Assembly: GCA_016932855.1 (NCBI GenBank)
Contig: JAFGCB010000025.1
Span: 118,987-182,986 of the forward strand
DNA: 64,000 nucleotides
From: Candidatus Omnitrophota bacterium
GTDB taxonomy: Bacteria > Omnitrophota > Gorgyraeia > Duberdicusellales > Duberdicusellaceae
Direction: 5' to 3'
The position numbers and the translations under genes are program-made. Below, piece after piece: positions 1 through 10,024 of this stretch (positions are counted from its first letter, which is position 1; each line of letters opens with the position of its first letter). Under the pieces are notes generated by a model. The model was not told the DNA's origin. It was given only the letters and a program-made list of their open reading frames with translations, and did no database searches.

Positions 1-127
1 ACGTGGAGATATTAAGTGACGGCTGGACTGTAATTTCCCAGGACCGAAAATCTTGCGTACATTTCGAGCATACCGTAGCGGTTACTAACAAGGGCTGCAG
101 AATATTGACTAATTAAGACTTTTACGG

Positions 128-343
128 ATGGCTAAGGAAGATTTAATCGAGACTGAAGGCGAGGTTGTCGAAACTTTGCCGAACGCGATGTTTAGAGTGA
201 AAATAGAGGAAGGACATATTGTGTTGGCCCATGTATCGGGAAAAATGCGTATGCATTTTATACGGATTTTGCCCGGTGACAGGGTCACGCTTGAACTATC
301 ACCTTATGATTTACGCCGGGGCAGGATAACCCGGCGTCTGTAA
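128..343 (+). CDS. infA: translation initiation factor IF-1
   Basis: 71 aa; S1-like IF-1 sequence ([22 protein letters not shown]...AH.SGKMR...IRILPGD.V..E.SPYDL..GRI..R); sits directly upstream of rpmJ-rpsM-rpsK-rpsD-rpoA-rplQ. Confidence 0.93.
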   Translation: MAKEDLIETEGEVVETLPNAMFRVKIEEGHIVLAHVSGKMRMHFIRILPGDRVTLELSPYDLRRGRITRRL

Positions 344-466
344 GGAAGATAATTATAGACTGGATAGTAGGGGAATGTTCCCGCAGATGAATGCAGATAA
401 AATATATTTACGGCTGTTTTTGACAGTCAGGGATAATCTGCATGTTGCATAATAGGTTATGCTAAG

Positions 467-580
467 ATGAAAGTAAGATCATCAATAAAAAGAATTTGCG
501 AAAATTGTAAGATAATAAAAAGAAAAGGGATTTTGCGTATAATTTGCAAAAATCCTAAGCATAAACAAAAGCAAGGATAG
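467..580 (+). CDS. rpmJ: 50S ribosomal protein L36
   Basis: Not in the ORF track (<60 aa). Manual translation gives [37 protein letters not shown] (37 aa) with the C-x2-C...C zinc-ribbon signature of L36; canonical position between infA and rpsM. Confidence 0.85.
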   Translation: MKVRSSIKRICENCKIIKRKGILRIICKNPKHKQKQG

Positions 581-651
581 CTATTGTTTAAGATTTATTG
601 TCTTTTGGCGGACAGTCAAAATCAGATAAGATTTAACTAAAGGAGAGTAAA

Positions 652-1020
652 ATGCCGAGAATTGCCGGTGTAGATATTCCTCCAAATAAAAAGATTTATT
701 ATTCGTTGCAATATATTTACGGAGTCGGGCCTTTGAGGGCGAGACTTATTCTTGAAGAGGCAGGGCTTGATTTCGCAAAGAAGGCTAAAGATTTGAACGA
801 AGAAGAGACTTCCCGGATTGCCGGAGTAATCCAGACTCATTACAAGGTCGAAGGCGAATTGCGCAGGCAAGTTGCCCAGAATATAAGAAGACTTATAGAT
901 ATCGGTTCTTATCGAGGCAGCCGACATAAAAAAGGCTTGCCAGCGCGGGGACAGCGTACGCGCTGTAACGCAAGAACTCGTAAAGGACCCAGACCGCGCG
1001 TAGGCGGCATAAAGAAGTGA
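652..1020 (+). CDS. rpsM: 30S ribosomal protein S13
   Basis: 122 aa; [11 protein letters not shown].....L..IYGIG.. N-terminus and basic C-terminal tail typical of S13; AGGAG ribosome-binding site upstream. Confidence 0.93.
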   Translation: MPRIAGVDIPPNKKIYYSLQYIYGVGPLRARLILEEAGLDFAKKAKDLNEEETSRIAGVIQTHYKVEGELRRQVAQNIRRLIDIGSYRGSRHKKGLPARGQRTRCNARTRKGPRPRVGGIKK

Positions 1021-1027
1021 GGATAAA

Positions 1028-1429
1028 ATGCCAAAGGTATCAAGATCAAAGGCCGGAAAACGTAAAAAGAAAGTCACTCAGAAAATCGTATCGGGGATTG
1101 CTCATGTCAAATCTACTTTTAATAATACAATTATAGCCATAACCGATAAAGAAGGAAATGTGTTGGTTTGGGGTTCAGCCGGTACCGGCGGGTTCAAAGG
1201 AACCAAGAAATCAACCCCTTATGCGGCTCAGATTACCGCTCGTGAGCTGGCGAAACGGGCCAAAGAATTAGGCTTACGCGAGCTTACCGTAAGGGTAAAA
1301 GGGCCGGGGCCAGGCAGAGAGGCAGCTATACGCTCGCTTCAAAGCGCGGGCTTAAGCATAAAAAGCGTAAAAGACGTAACGCCGGTTCCCCATAACGGAT
1401 GCAGGCCGAGAAAAAAGAGGAGAGTTTAG
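1028..1429 (+). CDS. rpsK: 30S ribosomal protein S11
   Basis: 133 aa; GIAHV.STFNNTI...TD..GN...W.SAG...[11 protein letters not shown] motif block. Confidence 0.93.
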   Translation: MPKVSRSKAGKRKKKVTQKIVSGIAHVKSTFNNTIIAITDKEGNVLVWGSAGTGGFKGTKKSTPYAAQITARELAKRAKELGLRELTVRVKGPGPGREAAIRSLQSAGLSIKSVKDVTPVPHNGCRPRKKRRV

Positions 1430-1484
1430 TACAAATTGCTAAATTGTTTTATTGTTAAATAATTAGATTGAAAGGAAACTTAAT

Positions 1485-2114
1485 ATGGCCAGATATACAG
1501 GCGCAAAATGTAGATTGTGCAGGCGAGAAGGCGCAAAATTGTTTTTAAAAGGGGCGAAATGCAACGGAGCGGCGTGCCCATTTGCCAAGAGACCTTATGC
1601 TCCCGGAGCCCGGACCCGTTCCATGCGCAAGCCTTCCTATTATGCGCTGCAATTGCGTGAAAAGCAAAAAGTCAAAAGAATGTACGGTCTTCTCGAGCGA
1701 CAATTCCGAAGGTATTATGTAATAGCCTCTAAATCAAAAGGCGCTACCGGCCGAGTTATAATACAGCTTCTCGAGCGAAGATTGGATAATGTCGCCTTTC
1801 GTCTACTTTTTTCCAGCTCCCGCAGTCAAGCCCGCCAGCTGGTAAGGCATGGGTTTATGTTTATCAATAACCGGCGGGTCAATATTCCTTCGTATCTGGT
1901 AAAGGTTGACGATAAGGTTGAAATAAGAGGTAAAGACGTTTTGCAGAACAGGATTAAAAAGAATATCGACGCCATTTCGAAAGAAAGAAGCGTAGCTAAT
2001 TGGCTTTTTTTAGACAAAGGCAATTTAAAAGCTGAAATCTTGCGGTTGCCCGAAAAAGAAGATTTGATTGTTCCTATTAATGAACAGCTGATAGTTGAAT
2101 TGTATTCTAAATAG
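1485..2114 (+). CDS. rpsD: 30S ribosomal protein S4
   Basis: 209 aa; MARYTG.K.RL.RREG..LFLKG.KC N-terminus with Cys cluster, S4 RNA-binding domain. Confidence 0.93.
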   Translation: MARYTGAKCRLCRREGAKLFLKGAKCNGAACPFAKRPYAPGARTRSMRKPSYYALQLREKQKVKRMYGLLERQFRRYYVIASKSKGATGRVIIQLLERRLDNVAFRLLFSSSRSQARQLVRHGFMFINNRRVNIPSYLVKVDDKVEIRGKDVLQNRIKKNIDAISKERSVANWLFLDKGNLKAEILRLPEKEDLIVPINEQLIVELYSK

Positions 2115-2289
2115 AATGAGGCAGCAGCTTATGACCAACAGAGTTTCAAATCTTTGGACTGGTTGCTGTTGTTCGGGTCAATTAATGCAGAGAGCTAGAA
2201 CTATTATTGACCCGAGCTTTACCCGCTTTTAAATATTGTAATATTTAGCGGGATCCTGCCGAGGCGGGATCATCAAAGGAGGCTTAAGA

Positions 2290-3276
2290 ATGGGTATCAA
2301 ATGGAGAGACTTCCAGTTTCCCCGAAAAATTGTGGTCGATGAGAAGACATATTCGCCGACCTACGGAAAATTCATCGCCGAACCCTTTGAGAGAGGTTTC
2401 GGTGTAACTTTGGGAAATTCTTTTCGAAGGGTTCTTCTTTCTTATATTGAAGGCGCTGCGGTTACCTCGATAAGAATCGATGGCGTAAGTCACGAATTTT
2501 CCAGTATACCGGGAGTCTTGGAAGATCTGTCTGAAATTATTCTTAATATCAAAAGCCTGGTTTTAAAATCATTTAGTCGTGCGCCGAAGAAAATCCATAT
2601 AAAGGCGGAAAAAAAGGGGGAAGTTACCGGCGCGGATATTATTACCGACGAGTCGGTGGAAGTCATTAATAAAGATTTACACATTGCTACTCTTACCGAA
2701 GATGCTCACTTTTTTGTCGAAATGGAGGTCGGTAAAGGCAGGGGTTTTGTATCGGAAGAGTTCAACCGGCGCGATGACGCTCCGGTGGGCACAATTGCGA
2801 TAGATTCCTTGTTTGCTCCGGTAAAAAAAGTTAATTTTAAAGTCGAGAGCACCCGGGTCGGAAAAAGCACTGATTATGATCTGCTCACCCTTGAGGTCTG
2901 GACCAACGGAAGCATCGAGCCTAAAGACACCCTTGTTTATGGTGCGAATATACTAAGCAAGCATTTAGAGCTATTTATGAATCTTGGTCAGATTGAAGAG
3001 GAAGAGGAGGAAGAAGAATTGACTCCTGAAGAGTCATCTTTATACGAAAAACTTAAAATCCCGGTTTCGGAAATTGAACTTTCGGTGCGCAGCGCCAATT
3101 GCTTGCGCGAGGCGAATATAAAGTCCTTGGCCGATTTAGTGGAAAAAACCGAACAGGAGATCCTCTCCTATCGAAATTTCGGAAAGAAGTCATTAAATGA
3201 AATCGTGACCCTTTTAAAGAGTATGGGGTTGTCTTTAGGAACACCGATTGATAAAAAGAAACTGGAGAAAGCTTAA
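2290..3276 (+). CDS. rpoA: DNA-directed RNA polymerase alpha subunit (with poly-Glu linker)
   Basis: 328 aa; N-terminal assembly domain and C-terminal alphaCTD (ELSVRSANCL...I..L..L.....L......G.KSL.EI); an EEEEEEEE linker lies between the domains. Confidence 0.92.
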   Translation: MGIKWRDFQFPRKIVVDEKTYSPTYGKFIAEPFERGFGVTLGNSFRRVLLSYIEGAAVTSIRIDGVSHEFSSIPGVLEDLSEIILNIKSLVLKSFSRAPKKIHIKAEKKGEVTGADIITDESVEVINKDLHIATLTEDAHFFVEMEVGKGRGFVSEEFNRRDDAPVGTIAIDSLFAPVKKVNFKVESTRVGKSTDYDLLTLEVWTNGSIEPKDTLVYGANILSKHLELFMNLGQIEEEEEEEELTPEESSLYEKLKIPVSEIELSVRSANCLREANIKSLADLVEKTEQEILSYRNFGKKSLNEIVTLLKSMGLSLGTPIDKKKLEKA

Positions 3277-3305
3277 TTGTACGAATAAACTAAAAAAACA
3301 TAGCG

Positions 3306-3824
3306 ATGCGACATTTAATCAAAGAAAACAAACTTTCCCGCTCGCGGGCCCAGCGAAAGGCCTTGATAAAAAGCCTTGTGCGTAACCTTTTAATTTACGA
3401 GAGGATCAAAACCACTCCCCGTAAGGCTAAGGCCGCCTCGGCTAAAGCCGAGCGCCTTATTGCTATGGCCAAGAGAAACGATCTTCATTCACGAAGGATC
3501 GCATTTTCTTTTCTGCAGGACCATAATTTAGTTACGCGTCTTTTTGACGAGATAGCCCCGCGGTTTAAAAGCAATCCGGGCGGCTGTACCCGGATAATTG
3601 ACCTGGGATTTCGAAAGGGCGACGGAGCAGAAATATCTATTTTGGAATTAACAACCCTGGTCGAGAAGCAGCATCAAAGGAAGGAAAAGAAGGCGGCGAA
3701 AGAACATCCTCAAGAGGCTCACGTTCCCTCTCTTAAGGAAGCTCCCAAGAAGAGCGCTCCTTCAAAGAAAGGTTTACGTCAGAGTTTGCGAAAAATATTT
3801 AAAAAGGAAAGAGACGCCCTGTAA
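3306..3824 (+). CDS. rplQ: 50S ribosomal protein L17 with ~50-aa Lys/Ala-rich C-terminal extension
   Basis: 172 aa; MRHL....KL.R....R.A....L...L......I.TT..KAK N-terminus; the L17 core is normally ~115-130 aa, here followed by a K/A/E-rich tail. Confidence 0.88.
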   Translation: MRHLIKENKLSRSRAQRKALIKSLVRNLLIYERIKTTPRKAKAASAKAERLIAMAKRNDLHSRRIAFSFLQDHNLVTRLFDEIAPRFKSNPGGCTRIIDLGFRKGDGAEISILELTTLVEKQHQRKEKKAAKEHPQEAHVPSLKEAPKKSAPSKKGLRQSLRKIFKKERDAL

Positions 3825-3942
3825 AATTAGAGTCCTAATTCTAAGTTCGAAATTCTAAACAATCTTGGATTTTTTATTTCAAAAAATAAATTTTCAAAAA
3901 GTTTTTCAGTGTTTAGAGTTTAGGATTTAGATTTTTTTTTGT

Positions 3943-5202
3943 ATGGGTAAGACAATAGTCGAAAAAATCTTTTCCTCTCATTCCAACAAGCCGTTAACTG
4001 CTGGCCAAGTAGGTATTTGCAATGTCGATTTTTGTTTTTCGCAAGACGGAACGACTTCTTTAGTCATCGACAGTCTTAATAAATTTAAAAAAACCCGTTT
4101 AAAGAATCTTAAAAGTTTCGCTATGTTTATCGATCATAGCGCCCCCTCTCCTAATTTAGGAGTTTCTGCCGTGCATCAATCGATGCGCAAATTCTCGTTA
4201 AAGCATAAAAACCTGCTTTATGATGTTGGGTGCGGCATTTCTCATCAGCTGATGCTGGAAGAGGGTTTTGTGCTGCCTGGCCGGCTTATCTTAGGCGCTG
4301 ATTCGCATACGGCCACGGGAGGGATTTTAGGCGCCTGTTGCGTTGCCGTGGGTTCCACTGATTTAGCCGTGGGGCTTGTCTATAAGAAAAATTGGTTTAA
4401 AGTTCCGGAGACGATTAAGATAATTATTAAAGGAAAAATTCCCCGAGGTGTCTTCAGTAAGGATATTGCTTTGGAGATAGTCCGAAAGTTCACAGCCAAA
4501 GGCGCCACATATAAAGCGCTTGAATATGAAGGGGAGGTGATAAAGGCCCTTTCTCTGGATGCCCGAGCGACCCTTACGAATATGAGTATTGAGTTTGGGG
4601 CAAAAACCGCGATAATCGCCCCTGACAAGAAAGTCTTCGCCTTTCTTAATAAAATTACGAAAAAAAAGATAAATCCTGTTTATTCCGACGAAGACGCCTG
4701 TTATGAACAGATATGCGAGATTGATGTGACTAAGCTTTCTCCGATGGTCGCTAAGCCTCATTCAGTCGATAGCGGGGTTGCGGTTTCGGAAATAGAAGGC
4801 TTGAAGGTCGATCAGGGATTTATCGGGACTTGCACTAACGGCCGTCTGGAGGATCTCGAGATCGCTGCAAAAATCCTTAATAAACGAAAAGTTCATAAAG
4901 AGACAAAGCTTTTTATCGCGCCGGCTTCGAAGAAAATTTTAGAGTCGGCTTATAAAAAAGGTATTCTGAAAGTTTTTATTGATTCGGGTGCGATAGTTTT
5001 ACCTGTAGGCTGCGGTCCCTGCGTAGGAACCCATCAGGGCATTCCGGCTGACGCGGAAGTTACGATTTCTACCGCCAACAGGAACTTTAAGGGCCGGATG
5101 GGTAATCCCAATGCTTTTATTTATTTGGCATCGCCGGCGACGGTTGCCGCTTCATGTATCAGGTCAAAAATTACAGACCCACGAAATTTTATCAAAAATT
5201 AG
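3943..5202 (+). CDS. leuC: 3-isopropylmalate/homoaconitate dehydratase large subunit (aconitase family, archaeal-type short form)
   Basis: 419 aa; aconitase-family catalytic domain (GADSHT..GG, IGTCTNGR, PCVGTHQG Fe-S ligand region); length fits the short archaeal-type LeuC/HACN; a matching small subunit lies downstream. Confidence 0.8.
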   Translation: MGKTIVEKIFSSHSNKPLTAGQVGICNVDFCFSQDGTTSLVIDSLNKFKKTRLKNLKSFAMFIDHSAPSPNLGVSAVHQSMRKFSLKHKNLLYDVGCGISHQLMLEEGFVLPGRLILGADSHTATGGILGACCVAVGSTDLAVGLVYKKNWFKVPETIKIIIKGKIPRGVFSKDIALEIVRKFTAKGATYKALEYEGEVIKALSLDARATLTNMSIEFGAKTAIIAPDKKVFAFLNKITKKKINPVYSDEDACYEQICEIDVTKLSPMVAKPHSVDSGVAVSEIEGLKVDQGFIGTCTNGRLEDLEIAAKILNKRKVHKETKLFIAPASKKILESAYKKGILKVFIDSGAIVLPVGCGPCVGTHQGIPADAEVTISTANRNFKGRMGNPNAFIYLASPATVAASCIRSKITDPRNFIKN

Positions 5203-5270
5203 GCCTAAAGCGGTTGAATAAATATTAATTTTTGAAATTGAATATGGACAGAGTTTAAAAGGAGGTTGAT

Positions 5271-6323
5271 ATGCTGGATATAAAAAATTTGCTTAAATTG
5301 ACCATGGAAAAGAATGCTTCCGATTTACACCTTACGGTAAACAGCCCGCCGGTATTAAGAGTCGACGGCACCATCATTTTGGAAAATGATTTTGAAACCC
5401 TTAACACCGAAACCCTTAAGAATTTAATTTACAGCATTCTTACCAATACCCAGAAGGAAAAATTTGAGCGTGACAAGGAATTGGATTTTTCTTTTGCCCC
5501 CCAGGGATTTGACAGATACAGGGTCAATGTTCACTTGCAGCGGGGCAATGTTGAAGCAGCGTTCAGAAGGGTGCCGCGCTCAATACCTAAGCTCGGAGAT
5601 TTAGGTCTTCCTCAGATTAGCCAGGAGTTGGCTCGGAAGCCAAACGGCCTTGTCTTAGTTACCGGGCCCACCGGAACCGGCAAAAGCACGACCTTAGCGG
5701 CCATGATTGATTTAATTAACAACGAGCGGGAGTGCGTGATAATTTGCATAGAAGACCCGATTGAATTTATGCATAACAATAAGAAAAGCATTGTCAAGCA
5801 GCGGGAGATTTATTCAGACACTCATTCGTTTGCCGAGTCTTTAAAGAGGGCCTTGCGCCAAGACCCGGATGTAATTGTTGTCGGTGAAATGAGGGATTTA
5901 GAAACAATCGGAACCGCCCTTACTGCAGCCGAAACAGGGCATCTGGTTTTAGCCACTCTTCATACCCCTGATGCTCCTCAGACCATTGAGCGAATTATCG
6001 ACGTTTTCCCGCCTTATCAACAGAGGCAAGTACGTCTTCAATTGGGCGATTGTCTTCAGGGTATAATTTCCCAGTTATTGCTCTCGCGCATGGAAGGTAA
6101 AGGAAGGGTTCTGGCTACCGAAGTCATGATTGCCACTCCCGGTATACGAAATTTGGTAAGGGAAGGAGAAATAGCTCAGCTACCCACCTTAATTCAGACC
6201 GGGGCCCAGTACGGCATGAGGACCATGGATAAGTGCTTAAAAGAGCTTTACAAGAAGCGGATAATATCTTACGAAGCGGCGCTGAGTAAAGTGAAAAATA
6301 TTGAAGAATTTAAGATTCTATAA
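5271..6323 (+). CDS. pilT: type IV pilus retraction ATPase PilT-family
   Basis: 350 aa; N-terminus MLDIKNLL....ASDLHL....PP..RVDG, Walker A GPTGTGKSTT, Asp/His boxes (DPDVIVVGEMRDLET...A.TGHLV..TLHT) characteristic of PilT/PilU. Confidence 0.85.
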   Translation: MLDIKNLLKLTMEKNASDLHLTVNSPPVLRVDGTIILENDFETLNTETLKNLIYSILTNTQKEKFERDKELDFSFAPQGFDRYRVNVHLQRGNVEAAFRRVPRSIPKLGDLGLPQISQELARKPNGLVLVTGPTGTGKSTTLAAMIDLINNERECVIICIEDPIEFMHNNKKSIVKQREIYSDTHSFAESLKRALRQDPDVIVVGEMRDLETIGTALTAAETGHLVLATLHTPDAPQTIERIIDVFPPYQQRQVRLQLGDCLQGIISQLLLSRMEGKGRVLATEVMIATPGIRNLVREGEIAQLPTLIQTGAQYGMRTMDKCLKELYKKRIISYEAALSKVKNIEEFKIL

Positions 6324-6372
6324 AAAGAGCTTTGTAGTTTAATGCAAGGATATTTTTGAGAGTATAAATTAA

Positions 6373-6876
6373 ATGATTTGTCAGGGAAAAGTATTTAAAT
6401 TCGGGGACAACATTAACACCGACTTTATTATTTCCGGAAGGTATAAATTCTCGATTACCGACATGAGCAAGCTCTGTAGGCATATATTTGAGGACATACG
6501 CCCGAATTTTTACGAAGAAATAGAATCGGCCAAGAGTATTATTGTCGCCGGCGCTAATTTTGGAATGGGTTCTTCCCGTGAACAAGCGCCTTGGGTAATC
6601 AAGGAAGCAGGCATTTTTTGTGTCGTGGCCAAGAGTTTCGCCAGGATTTTCTACCGTAACGCCTTTAATATCGGCCTGGCCTTGATAGAGGCGGATACTG
6701 ACAGCATAAGCGAAGCCGATTTTCTGGAAATAGATCTTAAGAAAGGGGTTATTAAAAATAAGTCTCGCAATATTCAGACGCAGTTTTATCCTTGGAATAA
6801 ATTTCAGCTGGAACTAATAAAGAATCACGGGATAATTAATTATTTGGAAAAATATAAGGAATTTAAAATAACTTGA
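6373..6876 (+). CDS. leuD: 3-isopropylmalate/homoaconitate dehydratase small subunit (archaeal-type)
   Basis: 167 aa; aconitase swivel domain (G.V.KFGDNI.TD.II, VVAG.NFG.GSSREQA); size typical of archaeal-type LeuD. Confidence 0.8.
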   Translation: MICQGKVFKFGDNINTDFIISGRYKFSITDMSKLCRHIFEDIRPNFYEEIESAKSIIVAGANFGMGSSREQAPWVIKEAGIFCVVAKSFARIFYRNAFNIGLALIEADTDSISEADFLEIDLKKGVIKNKSRNIQTQFYPWNKFQLELIKNHGIINYLEKYKEFKIT

Positions 6877-6897
6877 GAAAATAAACCGATAGTAAAT

Positions 6898-7983
6898 ATG
6901 AGTTACAGAGTAACGTTAATACCTGGCGACGGAGTAGGCCCTGAGGTTGTTGAGGCCGCTAAAATTTGCATAGAGGCCAGCGGTGTCGAGATTATCTGGG
7001 AAGAGAAGCTTTTGGGCGCCCAGGCCCAGGAGAAATTGGGCAGCCTTATTCCCGAGGAGACTCTGGCGTCAATTCGAAAGAATAAACTAGCCCTTAAAGG
7101 CCCGGTTACTACTCCCGTGGGTAAGGGCTTTAGGTCGGTAAATGTGGGCTTACGAAAAGCCCTTGATTTATATGCTAATGTAAGGCCGGCAAAATCTCTG
7201 GGTGCATGCAACAGCAAATATGACAATGTCGATATTGTTGTTGTCAGGGAAAATACTGAAGACCTTTACGCCGGCATAGAGTTTGATTTCAATGACCCCT
7301 TTGCGAGTTTTCTTATCGATAAAATAAATAAGGGCAATATCGGGAAATTATCCGAAAACACCGCCATTTCTTTTAAGACAATTTCAAAAAAAGCCAGCGA
7401 GAGGATTATCCGCTTTGCCTTTGAGTATGCCATTCAAAATAAAAGAAAAAAACTTGCCTGTGTCCATAAGGCAAATATTTTAAAGTTTACTGATGGGCTT
7501 TTTTTATCAATATTTTACGAGATTGCAAAAGATTATAAGGAAATCGAGGCTCAAGATTACATTGTCGATAATCTTTCGATGCAGCTGGTGCTTCGTCCGT
7601 ACAACTTCGATGTTTTAGTCCTGCCTAATCTTTACGGTGACATAATTTCCGATCTCTGCGCCGGTTTAATCGGAGGATTAGGCCTTGCCCCCGGAGCTAA
7701 TATCGGTCAGACAATCGCGGTATTTGAGCCGGTCCACGGGTCCGCGCCTAAATACACCGGTAAAAATAAAGTAAATCCCGCGGCAACAATTCTTTCCGCG
7801 GCCCTTTTACTCAAGCATTTACAGGAAAACGAGGCAGCCCGAAAGATAGAACAGGCGGTTAAGGACGTTATTAAAGAAAATAAATCCGTCACTTACGATC
7901 TTAAACTTAACCGCGATGACCCAAGTTCAGTAGGTACCCTTGAGATGGCCGAGGCCATCGCCGATAAGATAAAGTCATATTAA
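6898..7983 (+). CDS. isopropylmalate/isocitrate dehydrogenase family enzyme (likely 3-isopropylmalate dehydrogenase)
   Basis: 361 aa; LIPGDGVGPEV N-terminus, NLYGDIISD metal-binding motif of beta-decarboxylating dehydrogenases; assigned leuB-like by context with leuC/leuD, but ICDH or HICDH cannot be excluded from sequence alone. Confidence 0.75.
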   Translation: MSYRVTLIPGDGVGPEVVEAAKICIEASGVEIIWEEKLLGAQAQEKLGSLIPEETLASIRKNKLALKGPVTTPVGKGFRSVNVGLRKALDLYANVRPAKSLGACNSKYDNVDIVVVRENTEDLYAGIEFDFNDPFASFLIDKINKGNIGKLSENTAISFKTISKKASERIIRFAFEYAIQNKRKKLACVHKANILKFTDGLFLSIFYEIAKDYKEIEAQDYIVDNLSMQLVLRPYNFDVLVLPNLYGDIISDLCAGLIGGLGLAPGANIGQTIAVFEPVHGSAPKYTGKNKVNPAATILSAALLLKHLQENEAARKIEQAVKDVIKENKSVTYDLKLNRDDPSSVGTLEMAEAIADKIKSY

Positions 7984-7990
7984 TGCCGAA

Positions 7991-8920
7991 ATGAGCGTTA
8001 AAAAAATATCAATAGTAGGAGCCGGCCAAGTCGGCAGTACCCTTGCTTTTTTACTTCTTATAAGGCGTCTCTGCAGCCAGATCACATTAGTTGATGTACA
8101 GCATGAGCTCGCCAAAGCCTGCGTCTTAGACCTGGAAGACAGCCGCTGGGTTTTTTCGGCTATCACAAACTTAACCTCAAGCAATAAGCTGCAAAGCTTA
8201 GCTTCTTCCGACATAATAGTCATAACTGCCGGCAAGCCCCGAAGTCCGGGAATGAGTCGCGCAGATTTAATCAAGGCAAATACCTCAACCATCCGGGATA
8301 TTTCCCGGGGAATTAAAAAGTTTGCGCCGGAAGCGCTGGTTATCCTTATCACAAACCCTTTGGATTTAATGACTTGCGTAGCTTTAAAAACTTCGGGTTT
8401 TTCGAAAGGCAGAGTTTTCGGAATGGGTTCATCTTTGGATTCAGCGCGCTTGGCGAATCTTATAAGTCAAAGGCTGAAATTAAACATTAAAGACATAAAT
8501 CCGGTTGTTTTCGGTGCTCACGGAAAAGACATGCTGGTTTCGGAAAATACAACTGTTCAAGCCGCCGGTTTAGCGAATTTTCTAAGCAAGAAAGATTTTT
8601 CACGGCTTAAGGAAGCCACCCTTAACCGAGGGGCAAGCATTGTTGGGCTGTTAAAAAAAGGAAGCGCTCGTTTTGGCCCGGCTGCGGCTTGTTTAGATTT
8701 AATCGAGGCTGTTGTTTTTGATCAAAAGAAAATAACATTTGCCTCGGTCTATTTAAATGGCCAATATTCAATTAAAGGCGTTTGCCTGGGCGTTCCGGTC
8801 GTGGTAGGCAGAGAAGGTATCGAACGCATCTTGGAGCTTAAGCTTTCCAAGCAGGAGAAAAATATCCTGATCCAAGCTGCCAGGACAATTAGAGGCCATT
8901 TAAAGCTGTTAAGAGATTAA
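7991..8920 (+). CDS. mdh: malate/L-lactate dehydrogenase family (LDH/MDH-like Rossmann)
   Basis: 309 aa; KISIVGAG.VG...AF NAD-binding N-terminus, ITAG.PR.PGM.R.DL, LDS.R motif of the LDH/MDH family. Confidence 0.75.
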   Translation: MSVKKISIVGAGQVGSTLAFLLLIRRLCSQITLVDVQHELAKACVLDLEDSRWVFSAITNLTSSNKLQSLASSDIIVITAGKPRSPGMSRADLIKANTSTIRDISRGIKKFAPEALVILITNPLDLMTCVALKTSGFSKGRVFGMGSSLDSARLANLISQRLKLNIKDINPVVFGAHGKDMLVSENTTVQAAGLANFLSKKDFSRLKEATLNRGASIVGLLKKGSARFGPAAACLDLIEAVVFDQKKITFASVYLNGQYSIKGVCLGVPVVVGREGIERILELKLSKQEKNILIQAARTIRGHLKLLRD

Positions 8921-8921
8921 A

Positions 8922-10010
8922 ATGACTTTCGAGCGAAAACATCTTAAAAATATAAAAAATTACCAGCCGGGAAAGCCCATCGAGGAAGTAAAACGGGATT
9001 TGGGTTTACGGCAAGTAATAAAGCTAGCTTCCAACGAGAGCCCTTTTCCGCCATCTAAAGCAACACGTAAAGCCCTTATCGAGAATATATGCAGAGTTAA
9101 TCGTTATCCTGATTCCCAAGGCTATTATTTAAAACGCAAGCTGGCCGCGAATTTAAAAGTTAAACCTGGCAATATAATTTTAGGTAACGGTTCTGACGAA
9201 CTTATTGTTTTGGCCCTGCGTGCCTTTGTCGATCCGGGCCAAGAAGTCATCGTCGGAAATCCTACTTTTTTAATCTATGAAATACAGGCTAAGGCTTGCG
9301 GGCTTAGGGTTGTGCGCAGCCGGCTTAAAGATTTCAGGTATGATTTGGATGACATAAAACGCAAGATTACAAAAAAAACAAAGTTAATCTTTATTGCCAA
9401 TCCCGACAATCCTAACGGGACCTATTTAAAGCATGAAGAAATTCAGAGTTTTTTAAAAGCGATTCCCCGGAAAGTTATTGTTTTCTTTGATGAAGCGTAT
9501 TGTGAATTTTCTCCTGAAGATTTTCCAAAAAGCATTAATTTCTTGAAGCAGGGCTATAATATGATTTTCACCAGGACTTTTTCGAAGGTTTTCGGCTTAG
9601 CCGGTTTACGAATCGGCTATGGAATTGCCAAGCCTGAATTAATCCGGTCTTTGGATAAAGTCCGCGAACCTTTCAACGTCAACTCTTTGGCGCAAGCGGC
9701 GGCTTGTTCCTGCCTGAACCAGAAAAACCAAGCCAGACAAACAGTCCGGTACATCAATAAAGAAAAATATTTTTTCTACGAAGGCCTGGGGAACCTTAAT
9801 CTGAGATTTGTAAAAAGCGCCACGAATTTTATTTTAGTAGATTTAGGTAGGATTTCTTCGAAGGCAGTTTTTTCACGGCTTCTTAAAAAGGGAATAATCG
9901 TGCGCGAAATGAGCTCCTGGGGGTTTAAAAACTTTATCAGAGTTACCGTAGGAACCCATTCCCAGAATCGCAGATTTTTAAAAGCTTTAAGCTTAAGCCT
10001 TAACCATTAG
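8922..10010 (+). CDS. hisC: histidinol-phosphate aminotransferase
   Basis: 362 aa; class-II aminotransferase; YPD..., [16 protein letters not shown]-lysine region. Confidence 0.82.
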   Translation: MTFERKHLKNIKNYQPGKPIEEVKRDLGLRQVIKLASNESPFPPSKATRKALIENICRVNRYPDSQGYYLKRKLAANLKVKPGNIILGNGSDELIVLALRAFVDPGQEVIVGNPTFLIYEIQAKACGLRVVRSRLKDFRYDLDDIKRKITKKTKLIFIANPDNPNGTYLKHEEIQSFLKAIPRKVIVFFDEAYCEFSPEDFPKSINFLKQGYNMIFTRTFSKVFGLAGLRIGYGIAKPELIRSLDKVREPFNVNSLAQAAACSCLNQKNQARQTVRYINKEKYFFYEGLGNLNLRFVKSATNFILVDLGRISSKAVFSRLLKKGIIVREMSSWGFKNFIRVTVGTHSQNRRFLKALSLSLNH

Positions 10011-10024
10011 AGGAGGAGATAGCT

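Noticed and set aside
637-1077. 146-aa minus-strand ORF, and similar antisense ORFs inside leuC, alaS, secDF, mfd, gatA and ftsH
   Set aside because: They lie antisense to well-supported conserved genes, have no homology signal, and are typical shadow ORFs.
3830-3940. Imperfect inverted repeat flanking an AT-rich spacer between rplQ and leuC
   Set aside because: The arms (ctaattctaag.../...tttaggatttag) are imperfect and separated by ~60 nt. It does not form a convincing rho-independent terminator or riboswitch.
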